DNA of 64,000 bases from Nibricoccus sp. (GCA_047602425.1 JASGHG010000001.1:4928001-4992000), one strand, 5' to 3'. Counted from the stretch's first letter, positions 39,324 to 48,946 are shown. Translations and numbers: made by a program. The notes: generated from the letters alone by a model not told the origin.

Positions 39324-40823
39324 TCAGCGGCGCTCGAAAACCGGGCGCAGGGTCACGCTCAAATCGTCTTGGACGGCCTGGAGTTTTTTGTAGATGGCGA
39401 CGGCGGATTTGTTCGGCTTGCAACGCGTGGCTTCGTCAACCGCGACATAGCGCCGGGTTAAATCGCGCAGCGAAGTGCGCAGTCCGGCCGCGCGATCGAC
39501 GCACCAGGCCGCCTGCAGGGCGCCACCGAGCGCGGCACCTTCGTCTTCCTTCATCGCGACGACGGAAACACCAAAAACGTCCGCAGCGATCTGGCGCCAA
39601 ACCGGCGTCTTCATGCCGCCGCCGGTGACGCGGATTTCCTTCGGCTTGATGCCGAGCGCGCGAAGACGCAACAGGCCGTAGTTCATACCGAGCGTGGCGC
39701 CTTCCATCGCAGCGCGCAGGAAATGGCCGGGCGTAAACGTGCGGCGATTCAAGCCGAACAAGTTGCCAGTACCATTCGGAACGGACGGCGTGCGTTCCCC
39801 TTCGAAGTATGGCAACAACACCAAGCCGTCGGCGCCGGGCGGAGTTTTGAGAACGTCTTCATCGTACTGGCGTAAATCGCGTCCGAGGAGACCACGCATC
39901 ATCTCCGTCGCGGTCGTAACATTCATCGTGCAGAGCAGCGGCAGCCAATTACCCGTCGAATCGCAGAACGCTGCAATCTCGCCAGCGGGATCGACCACCG
40001 GCGTCTTGCTGCAGGCATAGATGGTGCCGCTCGTGCCAAAACTTGCGCTGACGATGCCGGGCTCAACATTGCCCGTGCCGATGGCGCCCATCATATTGTC
40101 CCCGCCGCCCGCGCTCACAAGCACGTCGGGGCTCAAACCAAAGCGTTCCGCAATCGCCGGAGAGACACGACCCGCGGGCTGATGGGCTTCAATGAGCTCC
40201 GGCAACATTTTCTCCAAGCCGGGATCGATGGCCCGAACCGCCTCCTTGCTCCAAATACGCTTGCGCACGTCGAGCAGCGCCGTGCCGGAAGCGTCGCCGT
40301 ATTCCATCACGTAGTTGCCAGTCAAATACCAGTTCAGGTAGTCATGCGGCAAAAGGACATGCGCGAGCCGTTTGAAATTTTTCGGTTCGTGGCGCTTGAG
40401 CCAAAGAATTTTCGGCGCGGTGAAACCAGGCAGAAAGCGCAGGCCGGTTTTGCGAAGCACGGCTTTGTCACCGCCCAATTTTTTGGTGAGAATCGCGCAT
40501 TCCTCCGCGGTCGAAGTGTCGTTCCAAAGCTTTGCCGGACGAATCACTTTGCCATTCGCATCGAGAGGCACGAAGCCGTGCTGCTGACCGGAAATCCCGA
40601 TGCCGCGGACCTCGGCGCGGTCGACTTGGTCAAGCAGTCCGTCGAGAACTTTTTCAAGAGCCTCGGTCCAATCCGAGGGATTCTGCTCCGAGTGACCCGC
40701 GGGCAGACCGCTGATCAAGCTGTGTGAGGCGCGCGCCGTCGCGAGAGTTTCGCCGGTTTCGCGATCAAGGATGATGCCCTTGGTGCCTTGTGTGCCGCAA
40801 TCGATGCCAATGAAAAGACTCAT
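39324..40823 (-). CDS. xylB: Xylulokinase
   Basis: IGIDCGTQGTK, SGQQHG, LWND, FTAPK, GGGDN, GTSG, GERTP. Start set at MSLFI. Confidence 0.95.
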   Translation of the reverse strand: MSLFIGIDCGTQGTKGIILDRETGETLATARASHSLISGLPAGHSEQNPSDWTEALEKVLDGLLDQVDRAEVRGIGISGQQHGFVPLDANGKVIRPAKLWNDTSTAEECAILTKKLGGDKAVLRKTGLRFLPGFTAPKILWLKRHEPKNFKRLAHVLLPHDYLNWYLTGNYVMEYGDASGTALLDVRKRIWSKEAVRAIDPGLEKMLPELIEAHQPAGRVSPAIAERFGLSPDVLVSAGGGDNMMGAIGTGNVEPGIVSASFGTSGTIYACSKTPVVDPAGEIAAFCDSTGNWLPLLCTMNVTTATEMMRGLLGRDLRQYDEDVLKTPPGADGLVLLPYFEGERTPSVPNGTGNLFGLNRRTFTPGHFLRAAMEGATLGMNYGLLRLRALGIKPKEIRVTGGGMKTPVWRQIAADVFGVSVVAMKEDEGAALGGALQAAWCVDRAAGLRTSLRDLTRRYVAVDEATRCKPNKSAVAIYKKLQAVQDDLSVTLRPVFERR

Positions 40824-40920
40824 GGTGGACAGAGTTGAAGACGTGAGAGGAAGGGGTTGTGCGCGCCGCGGGATGTGACGCTGAAGATGGAGATTGCACC
40901 ACGCTTGTCCGCAGGCAACG

Positions 40921-40988
40921 CGTGTGTTAAAAATCAAAAAAGAAATAGCAAGAATTCGATAGTTGGCAAGACGCCGTAATGGTATTCT
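40921..40988 (+). promoter_or_regulatory. Candidate XylR direct-repeat site and xylA promoter
   Basis: AAAAAT and AAGAAT ending 21 bp apart (40934, 40955) in an AT-rich patch; TGGTATTCT extended -10-like element downstream. Confidence 0.45.
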
Positions 40989-41009
40989 CGCCGCACCCCC
41001 AAACCAATT

Positions 41010-42335
41010 ATGGCAAAAAACGAAACTCATTTCGCTAACATCGGCACCATCGCCTACGAAGGTCCGAAAACCGACAACGCCCTCGCCTTCCGTCACTATA
41101 ATCCCTCCGAGGTGATCAACGGCAAAACGATGAAGGAGCACATGCGCTTCTCCATTGCCTACTGGCACGCCTTCCGCGGCGTCGGTTCCGATCCGTTCGG
41201 CCCCGGCACGATCGTTCGCCCATGGGAATCCGGCAAGGACGCCGTCGCCATCGCCAAGAAGCGCATGGATGCCGCCTTCGAATTTTTCACCAAGATCGAG
41301 TCACCCTTCTGGTGCTTCCACGACCGCGACATCGCTCCCGAAGGTGCCACGCTCGCCCAGTCGAACAAGAATCTCGACCAACTCGTCGCCCACGCGAAAA
41401 AGCTTCAAAAAGCCACGGGCGTGAAGCTCCTTTGGGGCACCGCAAATCTTTTCTCGAATCCGCGCTTTATGTGCGGCGCTTCGACCAATCCCGACGCCCA
41501 TGTCTTCGCCTACGCCGCTGCGCAGGTCAAAAAAGCGCTCGAGGCCACGCTCGAACTCGGTGGCGAAAACTACGTTTTCTGGGGTGGCCGTGAAGGTTAC
41601 GAGACCCTGCTCAACACCAATCTCAAGCGCGAGCAGGACCATCTCGCTGCGTTCCTCCACATGGCGGTCGACTACGCGAAGGAGATTGGCTTCAAGGGCC
41701 AGTTCCTGATCGAACCGAAACCTAAGGAACCCACCAAACATCAGTACGATTTCGACGTCGCCAGCGGCATCGCCTTCCTGCGCACCTACGGCCTCGAAAA
41801 ATATTTCAAGTTCAACATCGAAACCAACCACGCCACACTCGCCGGTCACACGTTCCAGCATGAAATCGAAGTCGCCGCTTCCGCTGGCATGCTCGGCTCG
41901 ATCGACGCCAACTCCGGCGATCTCCTCCTTGGCTGGGATACCGACCAGTTCAATACCGACATCAAGGAGCTCACGCTCGCGATGGTCTCGATCCTCCGCG
42001 CCGGCGGCCTCGGCACTGGCGGTTTCAATTTCGACGCCAAGCTCCGCCGTCCTTCCATCGACGCCGAAGATCTTTTCATCGCGCACATCGGCGGCATGGA
42101 TAGTTATGCCGCGGCCTTCAAGATCGCCCGTCGCATCCTCGCCGAGGGCAAGTTCGAGAAGTTCGTCGCCGACCGCTATTCAAGTTTCGATTCCGGCTTC
42201 GGTCGCGATATCGAGAAGCGCAAGATCGGTTTCAAGGAGCTCGAAAAACTCGTTCTGACCAAGCTCGGCGAACCGACTCCGAAGAGCGGCAAACAGGAGA
42301 AACTCGAAAACCTCCTCAACACTTACCTTTACTGA
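41010..42335 (+). CDS. xylA: Xylose isomerase (class II)
   Basis: [41 protein letters not shown]. Confidence 0.98.
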   Translation: MAKNETHFANIGTIAYEGPKTDNALAFRHYNPSEVINGKTMKEHMRFSIAYWHAFRGVGSDPFGPGTIVRPWESGKDAVAIAKKRMDAAFEFFTKIESPFWCFHDRDIAPEGATLAQSNKNLDQLVAHAKKLQKATGVKLLWGTANLFSNPRFMCGASTNPDAHVFAYAAAQVKKALEATLELGGENYVFWGGREGYETLLNTNLKREQDHLAAFLHMAVDYAKEIGFKGQFLIEPKPKEPTKHQYDFDVASGIAFLRTYGLEKYFKFNIETNHATLAGHTFQHEIEVAASAGMLGSIDANSGDLLLGWDTDQFNTDIKELTLAMVSILRAGGLGTGGFNFDAKLRRPSIDAEDLFIAHIGGMDSYAAAFKIARRILAEGKFEKFVADRYSSFDSGFGRDIEKRKIGFKELEKLVLTKLGEPTPKSGKQEKLENLLNTYLY

Positions 42336-42363
42336 GTCAGATCTCTGATCCGCTTCAGTTTTC

Positions 42364-42393
42364 AAACCGGCGCTCATCCGCGCCGGTTTTTTT
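42364..42393 (+). terminator. Intrinsic terminator of xylA
   Basis: AAACCGGCGC/GCGCCGGTTT stem and T-tract. Confidence 0.85.
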
Positions 42394-42443
42394 ATGCAGT
42401 TCCCCAATGCCTCGCATTCGCCCCTCGCTAGGCCATTGCGGAA

Positions 42444-42545
42444 TTTGTCATCTAATCGACTACAAACAGCGCGCCCACGTTTTTTTCTCCCTACGACTCC
42501 CCTCCTCGCCCCCCGGGGCCGTTTGTCATCTATTGAATAACAAAC
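42444..42545. repeat. Second pair of 21-bp imperfect palindromes, 78 bp apart
   Basis: 42445 TTGTCAT-CTAATCG-ACTACAA; 42523 TTGTCAT-CTATTGA-ATAACAA. Confidence 0.8.
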
Positions 42546-42693
42546 TATTTCTCAGAGCTAGTTTATCGCGAGTTATGCTTTGTGTCCGTGTTCGCAAATA
42601 CGGATGAGGTCTATTCCGCAGCAAGCTGTTACCTATTTGACTATCCGCCGTCTTAAGGCAAAGACACGTGTCCTTCCACGCCTTCTTTCCCCA

Positions 42694-45600
42694 ATGCGAC
42701 TCCCCTCTTTGTTTGCATCGTGCGGTCTTTTGTTAACGGCTTTCACCCTCGGGTCTGCCCTTTCGTTCGCAGCCTCTCCTCCTGGTGAGCCCGGCCTCCT
42801 TTTCTACCTCTCCGGCAATAGTGCCACCATGCCGGACTTCTCCGCCGCGGGCACCCGGGAGCCGAACTTTCTTAAAGATATAACGCTCATTAACGACGGC
42901 GCTCGCGGCCCCGCCCTGAGCTGCGGCAACAACCAACTGCTTTCCTACCTGGCGCCAGGCAATATCTACGCCCAGCGCGGCACGCTTTCTTTTTTCTGGC
43001 GATCCCGTTACCCGGTTGGCCCAACCCCGTTTCCGCTCTTCCGCGTCGGTTATGCGGATCATTCCTCCTGGGACATGGTTTGGCTACGGATCGACTACAA
43101 TGGCCATGGTTTCGATGCCTTTGTGACCGATACCGGCCTCGCCCGTCTCCGCGTTTCAACCACGCTCGAGCCTTTTCCCAAACCCACCGAATGGATTCAT
43201 CTCGCCTTCAGCTGGGATGAAACTTCCGGCGTGCGCTTTTACGTCAACGGCCATCTCGCCGGGTCCGTCGAACAACGCGCCTTCCTCGATGCCGGGCTCG
43301 ACCAGTTCGGTCCGCATTCGCGTGTCATCAGCCCGTACCAAGTTCAAAGCGACTACAATTTCGTGCGCGGCGGCGACCTCGACGAACTTCGCATCTACGA
43401 TCGCGCGCTGTCCGACGACGATGTTGCCCGCCTGGGGAAGTTTGAAACGCCGCTCGCTCTGAAACCCCTTCCCGTGCCCACGTTGTCCTATGACTCGCCG
43501 CTGCCCGAAAGTTGGGCCGCCCGGTATGGCTGGAACCGTCCCGACGGCCTGCCAGCTACGCTTCCGGGACCATTCACCGCTGTCCGTAAGGTCGAAATCA
43601 CCGACGCGTTCGATCTGAAACGCTGGTGGTGGAAAGCCTGCGACGGCATTCGCGAAACCACCTGGCCCGGCGTCTACAACCGTTCGCGCCTTCCCGGCCG
43701 CAACGATTATTTCCAACTTCCCGATTGGGACTGCTACGTCGAGTCGGGGAAAGTCATCACGTTTAATCTTCCCGCCGGCGAAACCGTCAACCATCTCGAA
43801 ATCGCCGGGCCCGCCTTTGGCGCTTTCGATTTGATCGGCACGGCTGGCAAGGGCTCCGAAGCCGTTCGCCTCTTCGAACGTCCACGTGGACAAGAAAAAA
43901 CGGTGCACCGCCTCGCCGCCCCGGTCAGCTCGGATGCCATCCGCTTCACCAATGTCGAACAGGAGACTCCCATCAGCGAATTTACCGCCTACCACGTCAC
44001 CGAGGGAAAAGAGCCTGCAGGCCACCCTACGCTTGCGTACCGCATCGATTTCAAGCCTTCGACCGAGTCGTCGCTTAAGCCTCTCATCGCCTTCATCGCC
44101 GGCCGTTTCCGTGCTGACGAACGCGCCACCGCCATCGCCATTCCCGCCTCGACCCCGGCGGCGCCGGGTGCGGTTCCACCGGCGGCCGGGCTTCCTATTC
44201 TTCATCTTCTCATTCCCAACTCCGCGTCCGACCCGGCTTACAACCTCGACAAAATCGACGGGGCCCTCGATGGCATCGCGCTCGATCTGCCGGTGGTCGG
44301 CTACGCCAGGCCCGTTTCGTTCAATATCCAAGTCAAAGATCCAATCTGGCCCGCGCGCAACATGCTCGACTTCACCTACACCGTGAAGCCCGGCAGATCT
44401 CCCTCGACACTCTGGCTCGATTTGCGCGATCGCTGGTTGCCGCCCGGGCGTGCACTCTATCTCACCATCGCCGCCTCCGAGCCGATCCAGCCCTTCGGCC
44501 TCGCTCCAACACTTCGCCTCGTCTTCAAACCCAAGGCCGAAGCCGTCGCCGAGCATGCGACCGACCGCTTTACCCAAGTGCGCGACGCCTACGCGATGTT
44601 CGTCGAGGAACGCCCCGGGGTGAAAAAATACGCCATGTTCAATCGCATCGACGGCGACGTACGCGACCTCATGCGCGTCGACCCAAACCATGTCCCAGGG
44701 CTTAACTATGCCGCCGCCTGGAGCGACGAGTTTCCCCAGCCGGCCTTCAAAACGCCAAATCCTCCCTCCGGCGTGCCGGTTTGGGCCTTTAACCAAGTTC
44801 AGCTTCTCGAGCGCGTCGACCGCTTTGTCGAGTGGTATATCGATCATCGCCAAGTGCCTTATGGTGACTTTGGCGGTGGCATTTCCGACGACACCGATCT
44901 TCTCAATCTCTGGCCTCCCGTCGCCTTGATGGGCTGCGCTCCCGAAAAAATCCGCACTTCTCTTAATGCTTTGCTCGATGCCTCGTTCAAAAACGGCATG
45001 TGGAAAAACGGCCTCAGTGCCATTCAGACCGATGAACTCCACAGCTACGAGGAGGGCATCAATTGCCTCGGCCAAAATCTGATCCTCGACTACGGCAACC
45101 CCAAACAGGTCGAACGCGCCATGGCGACGTCCCTCGGCATGGAAAATCTCACCGCCGTGAACGCCGCCGGGCACCGTCACATCCGCTCTTCCTATTACAA
45201 TGGCGAAAAATTCGCGACTGACGAACCATGGGGCTGGGCCAAAGCCTATTCGCACCTCGTCCTGCAAACACCCGAATTGCTTGTCGATTTCAGCGGCAAT
45301 CCGCGCGCGAAAAAACTGGTCCTTGAAGTCACCGACGGCCTGCTCGCTCACCGCAAGAAAAACGCCGAGGGCCAGTTCCGCATTCCCACGGCCATTCGTT
45401 TCACGACCGACGAGGATGTTGTCGCTACCCGAGGCTGGTTTCCCTGGCCGCTTTTCTGGAATTCCTGGCAATGGACCGGAGACCGCAAATACCTCGATCC
45501 CATTCTCGATTTCGGCGTCCAAGGCCTGTTGTCGGTCAATGCCAACGCGCTTGATTTGCTCAATCTCCGGGAAAAATGGGGCTCGCGCATTCTCGAAACC

Positions 45601-46524
45601 AAATCCTCGAAAGGCCCCGATCTGCGTTCCGATTCCGCCACGCGCAAGCAATCCCGCGAAGCGCTTTATCGCGGCTCAGCCGGCATTTCCCACTTCGCCT
45701 GGCAGCTTACTGGCGACAAGGGAAGCCTCGCGTCGCTCTACGAAAACCAGTGCGAAGACATCGCAGCCCTCGAATACATCAACACCGAGGGCAGCCTCTG
45801 GATCGACCGCGTCGGCGTTCCCACCGTCGAACTCCAACGCGCCCGCCTTGGCGGTGTCGCCTTGGTGCGCAACAGCACCTTCCCCGGCCACGCCGTCAGC
45901 TGGCGTTTCGAAACACCCGCCACCTACAAAAGCGCGGCCATCCTCGTGCCGTTCTCAACCCAGAAACATCTCACCGTTCTGGTTTACAATCTTGACGATA
46001 AACCGGTACGCGCCGCCATGACCGGCTGGTCCATCGACCCCGGCACGTGGGAAATTGCGCAGGGCATCGATACGAACAACGATGACAAGGCCGACGACGC
46101 CGTCACGACACGCACCGCTTTGTTCGAACGTTCGCGCTCCCTCGACTTTATCTTCCCGCCGCGCGTCACCACCGTTCTTACGCTCGATCTCAAGACCCTC
46201 GGCACGCCCTACTGGCAACGTCCCGACCTCGGACTGTCGCGCGAAGACGTTCAGATCAATGGCCGCGAAGTCCGCGTAAAACTTCACAGCCTCGGCTCCG
46301 TCGCGGCTCCCGCCGCCACCGTCGCCTTTCGCGATGCCTCGGGCAAGATCGTCGCCTCCATCCGCGCCCAGCCCATCGCCGCACCACTCGATCTCCAGCC
46401 CAAAACCGACGACGTTGTCTTGCACCTGCCTGATGGTTGCGCTCCGGCCGGCGGCTCGGTGGAAATCGATCCCGATCACGAACTCACCGAAATCACGTTG
46501 CTGAACAATGCGGTAAAACTTTGA
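42694..46524 (+). CDS. Large exported protein with N-terminal LamG-like domain, function unknown
   Basis: Signal peptide; GTLSFFW, WIHLAFSWDE...FYVNG, DELRIYDRALS (LamG_3); strong coding-like codon pattern. Confidence 0.8.
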   Translation: MRLPSLFASCGLLLTAFTLGSALSFAASPPGEPGLLFYLSGNSATMPDFSAAGTREPNFLKDITLINDGARGPALSCGNNQLLSYLAPGNIYAQRGTLSFFWRSRYPVGPTPFPLFRVGYADHSSWDMVWLRIDYNGHGFDAFVTDTGLARLRVSTTLEPFPKPTEWIHLAFSWDETSGVRFYVNGHLAGSVEQRAFLDAGLDQFGPHSRVISPYQVQSDYNFVRGGDLDELRIYDRALSDDDVARLGKFETPLALKPLPVPTLSYDSPLPESWAARYGWNRPDGLPATLPGPFTAVRKVEITDAFDLKRWWWKACDGIRETTWPGVYNRSRLPGRNDYFQLPDWDCYVESGKVITFNLPAGETVNHLEIAGPAFGAFDLIGTAGKGSEAVRLFERPRGQEKTVHRLAAPVSSDAIRFTNVEQETPISEFTAYHVTEGKEPAGHPTLAYRIDFKPSTESSLKPLIAFIAGRFRADERATAIAIPASTPAAPGAVPPAAGLPILHLLIPNSASDPAYNLDKIDGALDGIALDLPVVGYARPVSFNIQVKDPIWPARNMLDFTYTVKPGRSPSTLWLDLRDRWLPPGRALYLTIAASEPIQPFGLAPTLRLVFKPKAEAVAEHATDRFTQVRDAYAMFVEERPGVKKYAMFNRIDGDVRDLMRVDPNHVPGLNYAAAWSDEFPQPAFKTPNPPSGVPVWAFNQVQLLERVDRFVEWYIDHRQVPYGDFGGGISDDTDLLNLWPPVALMGCAPEKIRTSLNALLDASFKNGMWKNGLSAIQTDELHSYEEGINCLGQNLILDYGNPKQVERAMATSLGMENLTAVNAAGHRHIRSSYYNGEKFATDEPWGWAKAYSHLVLQTPELLVDFSGNPRAKKLVLEVTDGLLAHRKKNAEGQFRIPTAIRFTTDEDVVATRGWFPWPLFWNSWQWTGDRKYLDPILDFGVQGLLSVNANALDLLNLREKWGSRILETKSSKGPDLRSDSATRKQSREALYRGSAGISHFAWQLTGDKGSLASLYENQCEDIAALEYINTEGSLWIDRVGVPTVELQRARLGGVALVRNSTFPGHAVSWRFETPATYKSAAILVPFSTQKHLTVLVYNLDDKPVRAAMTGWSIDPGTWEIAQGIDTNNDDKADDAVTTRTALFERSRSLDFIFPPRVTTVLTLDLKTLGTPYWQRPDLGLSREDVQINGREVRVKLHSLGSVAAPAATVAFRDASGKIVASIRAQPIAAPLDLQPKTDDVVLHLPDGCAPAGGSVEIDPDHELTEITLLNNAVKL

Positions 46525-46529
46525 TTTTC

Positions 46530-46571
46530 TGACTTCGGCGAGCCTGGTTTTGCCGGGCTCGCTCGGAGTCA
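46530..46571. terminator. Long hairpin between convergent genes
   Basis: TGACTTCGGCGAGCCTGG-TTTTG-CCGGGCTCGCTCGGAGTCA. Confidence 0.55.
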
Positions 46572-46614
46572 AAACGCCGGCGGCAGAACGTCGTTCGAAA
46601 CTCTCGCGGAGCGA

Positions 46615-47511
46615 CTAGATGATTTTCAGGAGATTTCTAGCTGTGCCACCAATCATCGCGGCGCGCTCCGTCTCACTCAGACCTGCAGCGTCAAGATCCT
46701 TGAATATCGCGCCTAGTTGCGCTGTGTCGTGATAATCCGGATACAAATTCAACGGAAAGTCCGAGCCAAACAGCACGCGCTCGGCGCCCACCGCGTCTAT
46801 TATCTCCCGGAAGACTTTCGGCTGATAGATCAATGGAGACGCCGCGGTGTCGTAGAACAAGTTCGCACAAGCGCACGCCTCCGTGCCGAGCGTCGGATTG
46901 AGTGGAAGCCGCGCTCCCCAATGCGCCAAAATAAAATTCGTCTGCGGAAATTCATGGGCGAAGTGCACGAAATCCGCCAGCGGAGTTTCGATTTTACCCG
47001 GATAGTTTTTGCTGAGCGGCTCGGTCACATGGAGATTGACCGGAAACCCGAGCTCGCCGGCCAAAACCATAGCCTCGCGCCAAACTGGATTGTTGACCGA
47101 GAAATTTTGCGAATGCGGCGATAGCTCCCCAAGCCCACAAAAACCTTCATCCACCGCGCGCCGGATTTCTCGCGATACCAGCTCCATTCCCGCGCCCGCG
47201 TGAAAGGTCGCGAAGGCCGACAATCGATCGCCATGCGCTTTGAGGCATTCCGCGTAAAAACGATTTTGCCGCACGCAAGTAGCGTGGGTTTCCCAATACC
47301 ATCCCTGCAACACGACGCGTTCCACGCTGGCCGCATCCATCTCGCGTAACAATTCGTCAACGCTCGGAAATCTCTGCACCGCGCGTCCATTTTTCCTGAC
47401 ACGCGTACAAAGCGTCGTCCAATGCCGCTCGCCTTGAGCTTGCGCCCACGCCGCCGGAGCGAGATTGGCCTCGGGTGGATAAAGATGCACGTGAGCGTCG
47501 ACGATGCGCAT
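46615..47511 (-). CDS. Amidohydrolase-2 family metallohydrolase
   Basis: VDAHVH, GLGEL, LH, LAHWG, YDTA, LFGSDFP. Start set at MRIVD. Confidence 0.88.
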   Translation of the reverse strand: MRIVDAHVHLYPPEANLAPAAWAQAQGERHWTTLCTRVRKNGRAVQRFPSVDELLREMDAASVERVVLQGWYWETHATCVRQNRFYAECLKAHGDRLSAFATFHAGAGMELVSREIRRAVDEGFCGLGELSPHSQNFSVNNPVWREAMVLAGELGFPVNLHVTEPLSKNYPGKIETPLADFVHFAHEFPQTNFILAHWGARLPLNPTLGTEACACANLFYDTAASPLIYQPKVFREIIDAVGAERVLFGSDFPLNLYPDYHDTAQLGAIFKDLDAAGLSETERAAMIGGTARNLLKII

Positions 47512-47774
47512 AAGGCGGTGTGAGCGGCGATTATTGGTAACGAATCTGTTGAGTAAAGCCGGAGGAAAACGAAGCCGCCCATGAATCTGCCGACTTCCTG
47601 TTTTTCGCATCCAAAAATGCCGCCGGTTCCTCGCGGCGGGCGCATCGCTGCCCCTAGCTCCCGCCTTCCTGCGTAGTTCGCTGCGCTAAATTCCACGGAA
47701 CCCGCTTTGGGTCTTTCCAGTCTGCTTAGCTCTGGCTTGCACTTCTGCTCCGCCGCCCTTTATTGCACCTTATC

Positions 47775-47951
47775 ATGAAATCGCCCCACAAGGCTCTTCT
47801 CGCCCTCCTCGCCGCCACCTTCGCTCTCCTTGCAGCTGGCTGCACTTCCAAGACCAACAACGACACCTCGATCCCGTGGAGTCGTCCCGCCAGCTGGGAA
47901 GGCAATGTCCCCGGCATGGGCACCACCGGCGACACCAGCGGCATTCGCTAA
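47775..47951 (+). CDS. Small lipoprotein (58 aa)
   Basis: MKSPHK, hydrophobic stretch, lipobox LAAGC; IPWSRPASWEG core; followed by its own terminator. Confidence 0.75.
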   Translation: MKSPHKALLALLAATFALLAAGCTSKTNNDTSIPWSRPASWEGNVPGMGTTGDTSGIR

Positions 47952-47973
47952 ATAGCCGACCACTCTTTTCTCC

Positions 47974-48002
47974 AATCCGGCCAGATGCGGCCGGATTTTT
48001 TT
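47974..48002 (+). terminator. Intrinsic terminator
   Basis: AATCCGGCC/GGCCGGATT stem and T-tract. Confidence 0.85.
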
Positions 48003-48020
48003 GTGCCTAGAACTTTTCAT

Positions 48021-48160
48021 CACAGAAAACACCGAACGCGGGCACAGAAGATCGCAAGACCTCAAGATTCAAAGTGCCAGCAACATCGCTCACCACGAAA
48101 AATCCCGAGCCCACGTGAGGTTCTCCGTGAACTCTGTGTCCGCGTTCCGTGCCCTCTGTG
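48021..48160. repeat. 140-bp MITE/REP-like element with 28-bp imperfect inverted repeats built from CACAGA units
   Basis: Left arm CACAGAAAACACCGAACGCGGGCACAGA versus reverse complement of right arm CACAGAGGGCACGGAACGCGGACACAGA (23/28 identical). Confidence 0.7.
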
Positions 48161-48223
48161 GCCAAGTGTCCGAAATAAGCGTCGATTAGCATCCATGAGC
48201 GGTTACAAACTACTTCCGCATCC

Positions 48224-48946
48224 ATGACCGAACCCGCCGCCAACGCCTCGCTCATCCCGCAACCTGGACATCTCTACGTCGTCGCCACACCCATCGGCAA
48301 TCTCGCCGACCTCACTGACCGCGCGCGCGCCCTTCTTGGCGGTGTCGACTTGATTGCCTGTGAGGACACGCGCACCACGGGTGCCCTGCTCTCGCGACTC
48401 GGATTGCACAAGGAACTCGTCGCCTACCACGAGCACAACGAGACTGAGGCCGCCGACCGCCTTGCCGCACAACTCGCCGCCGGCAAATCCATCGCCCTCG
48501 TCTCCGACGCCGGCACACCCGCCATCAGCGATCCCGGGTTCCGCCTCGTCCGCGCCTGTCGCCGCCAGTCGCTGCCAGTTATTCCGGTGCCTGGGCCCAA
48601 CGCCATCATCTCGGTTCTCAGCGCCGCCGGCCTGCCCACCAATGGCTTTCTCTTCGCCGGTTTTCTGCCATCGAAAACTTCCGCCCGGACCGCCTTCCTG
48701 GAAAAATATCGGGATTTCGACTACACGCTCGCGCTCTACGAATCGTGCCACCGCATCGACAAGTTCGTGGACGAAATTGTCACCACGCTCGGCCCCGCCC
48801 GCGTCATTTGCGTGGCCAAGGAAGTCACCAAGCTGCACGAAACTTTTCTCGTCGGTTCGTCCGCCGAGGTCCGCGACCGTCTCGCCAAAACCAGTCTTAA
48901 GGGGGAATTCGTACTCCTGATCGCACCGACGGATTATACGCTATAG
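48224..48946 (+). CDS. rsmI: 16S rRNA (C1402-2'-O)-methyltransferase
   Basis: LYVVATPIGNLAD, ACEDTR, LVSDAGTPAISDPG, YES.HR, KEVTKLHE, KGEFV. Confidence 0.96.
   Translation: MTEPAANASLIPQPGHLYVVATPIGNLADLTDRARALLGGVDLIACEDTRTTGALLSRLGLHKELVAYHEHNETEAADRLAAQLAAGKSIALVSDAGTPAISDPGFRLVRACRRQSLPVIPVPGPNAIISVLSAAGLPTNGFLFAGFLPSKTSARTAFLEKYRDFDYTLALYESCHRIDKFVDEIVTTLGPARVICVAKEVTKLHETFLVGSSAEVRDRLAKTSLKGEFVLLIAPTDYTL

Noticed and set aside
47600..47700. SRP RNA or cobalamin riboswitch
   Set aside because: It lacks the SRP CAGG-GRAA-AGCAG arrangement and the B12-box consensus.
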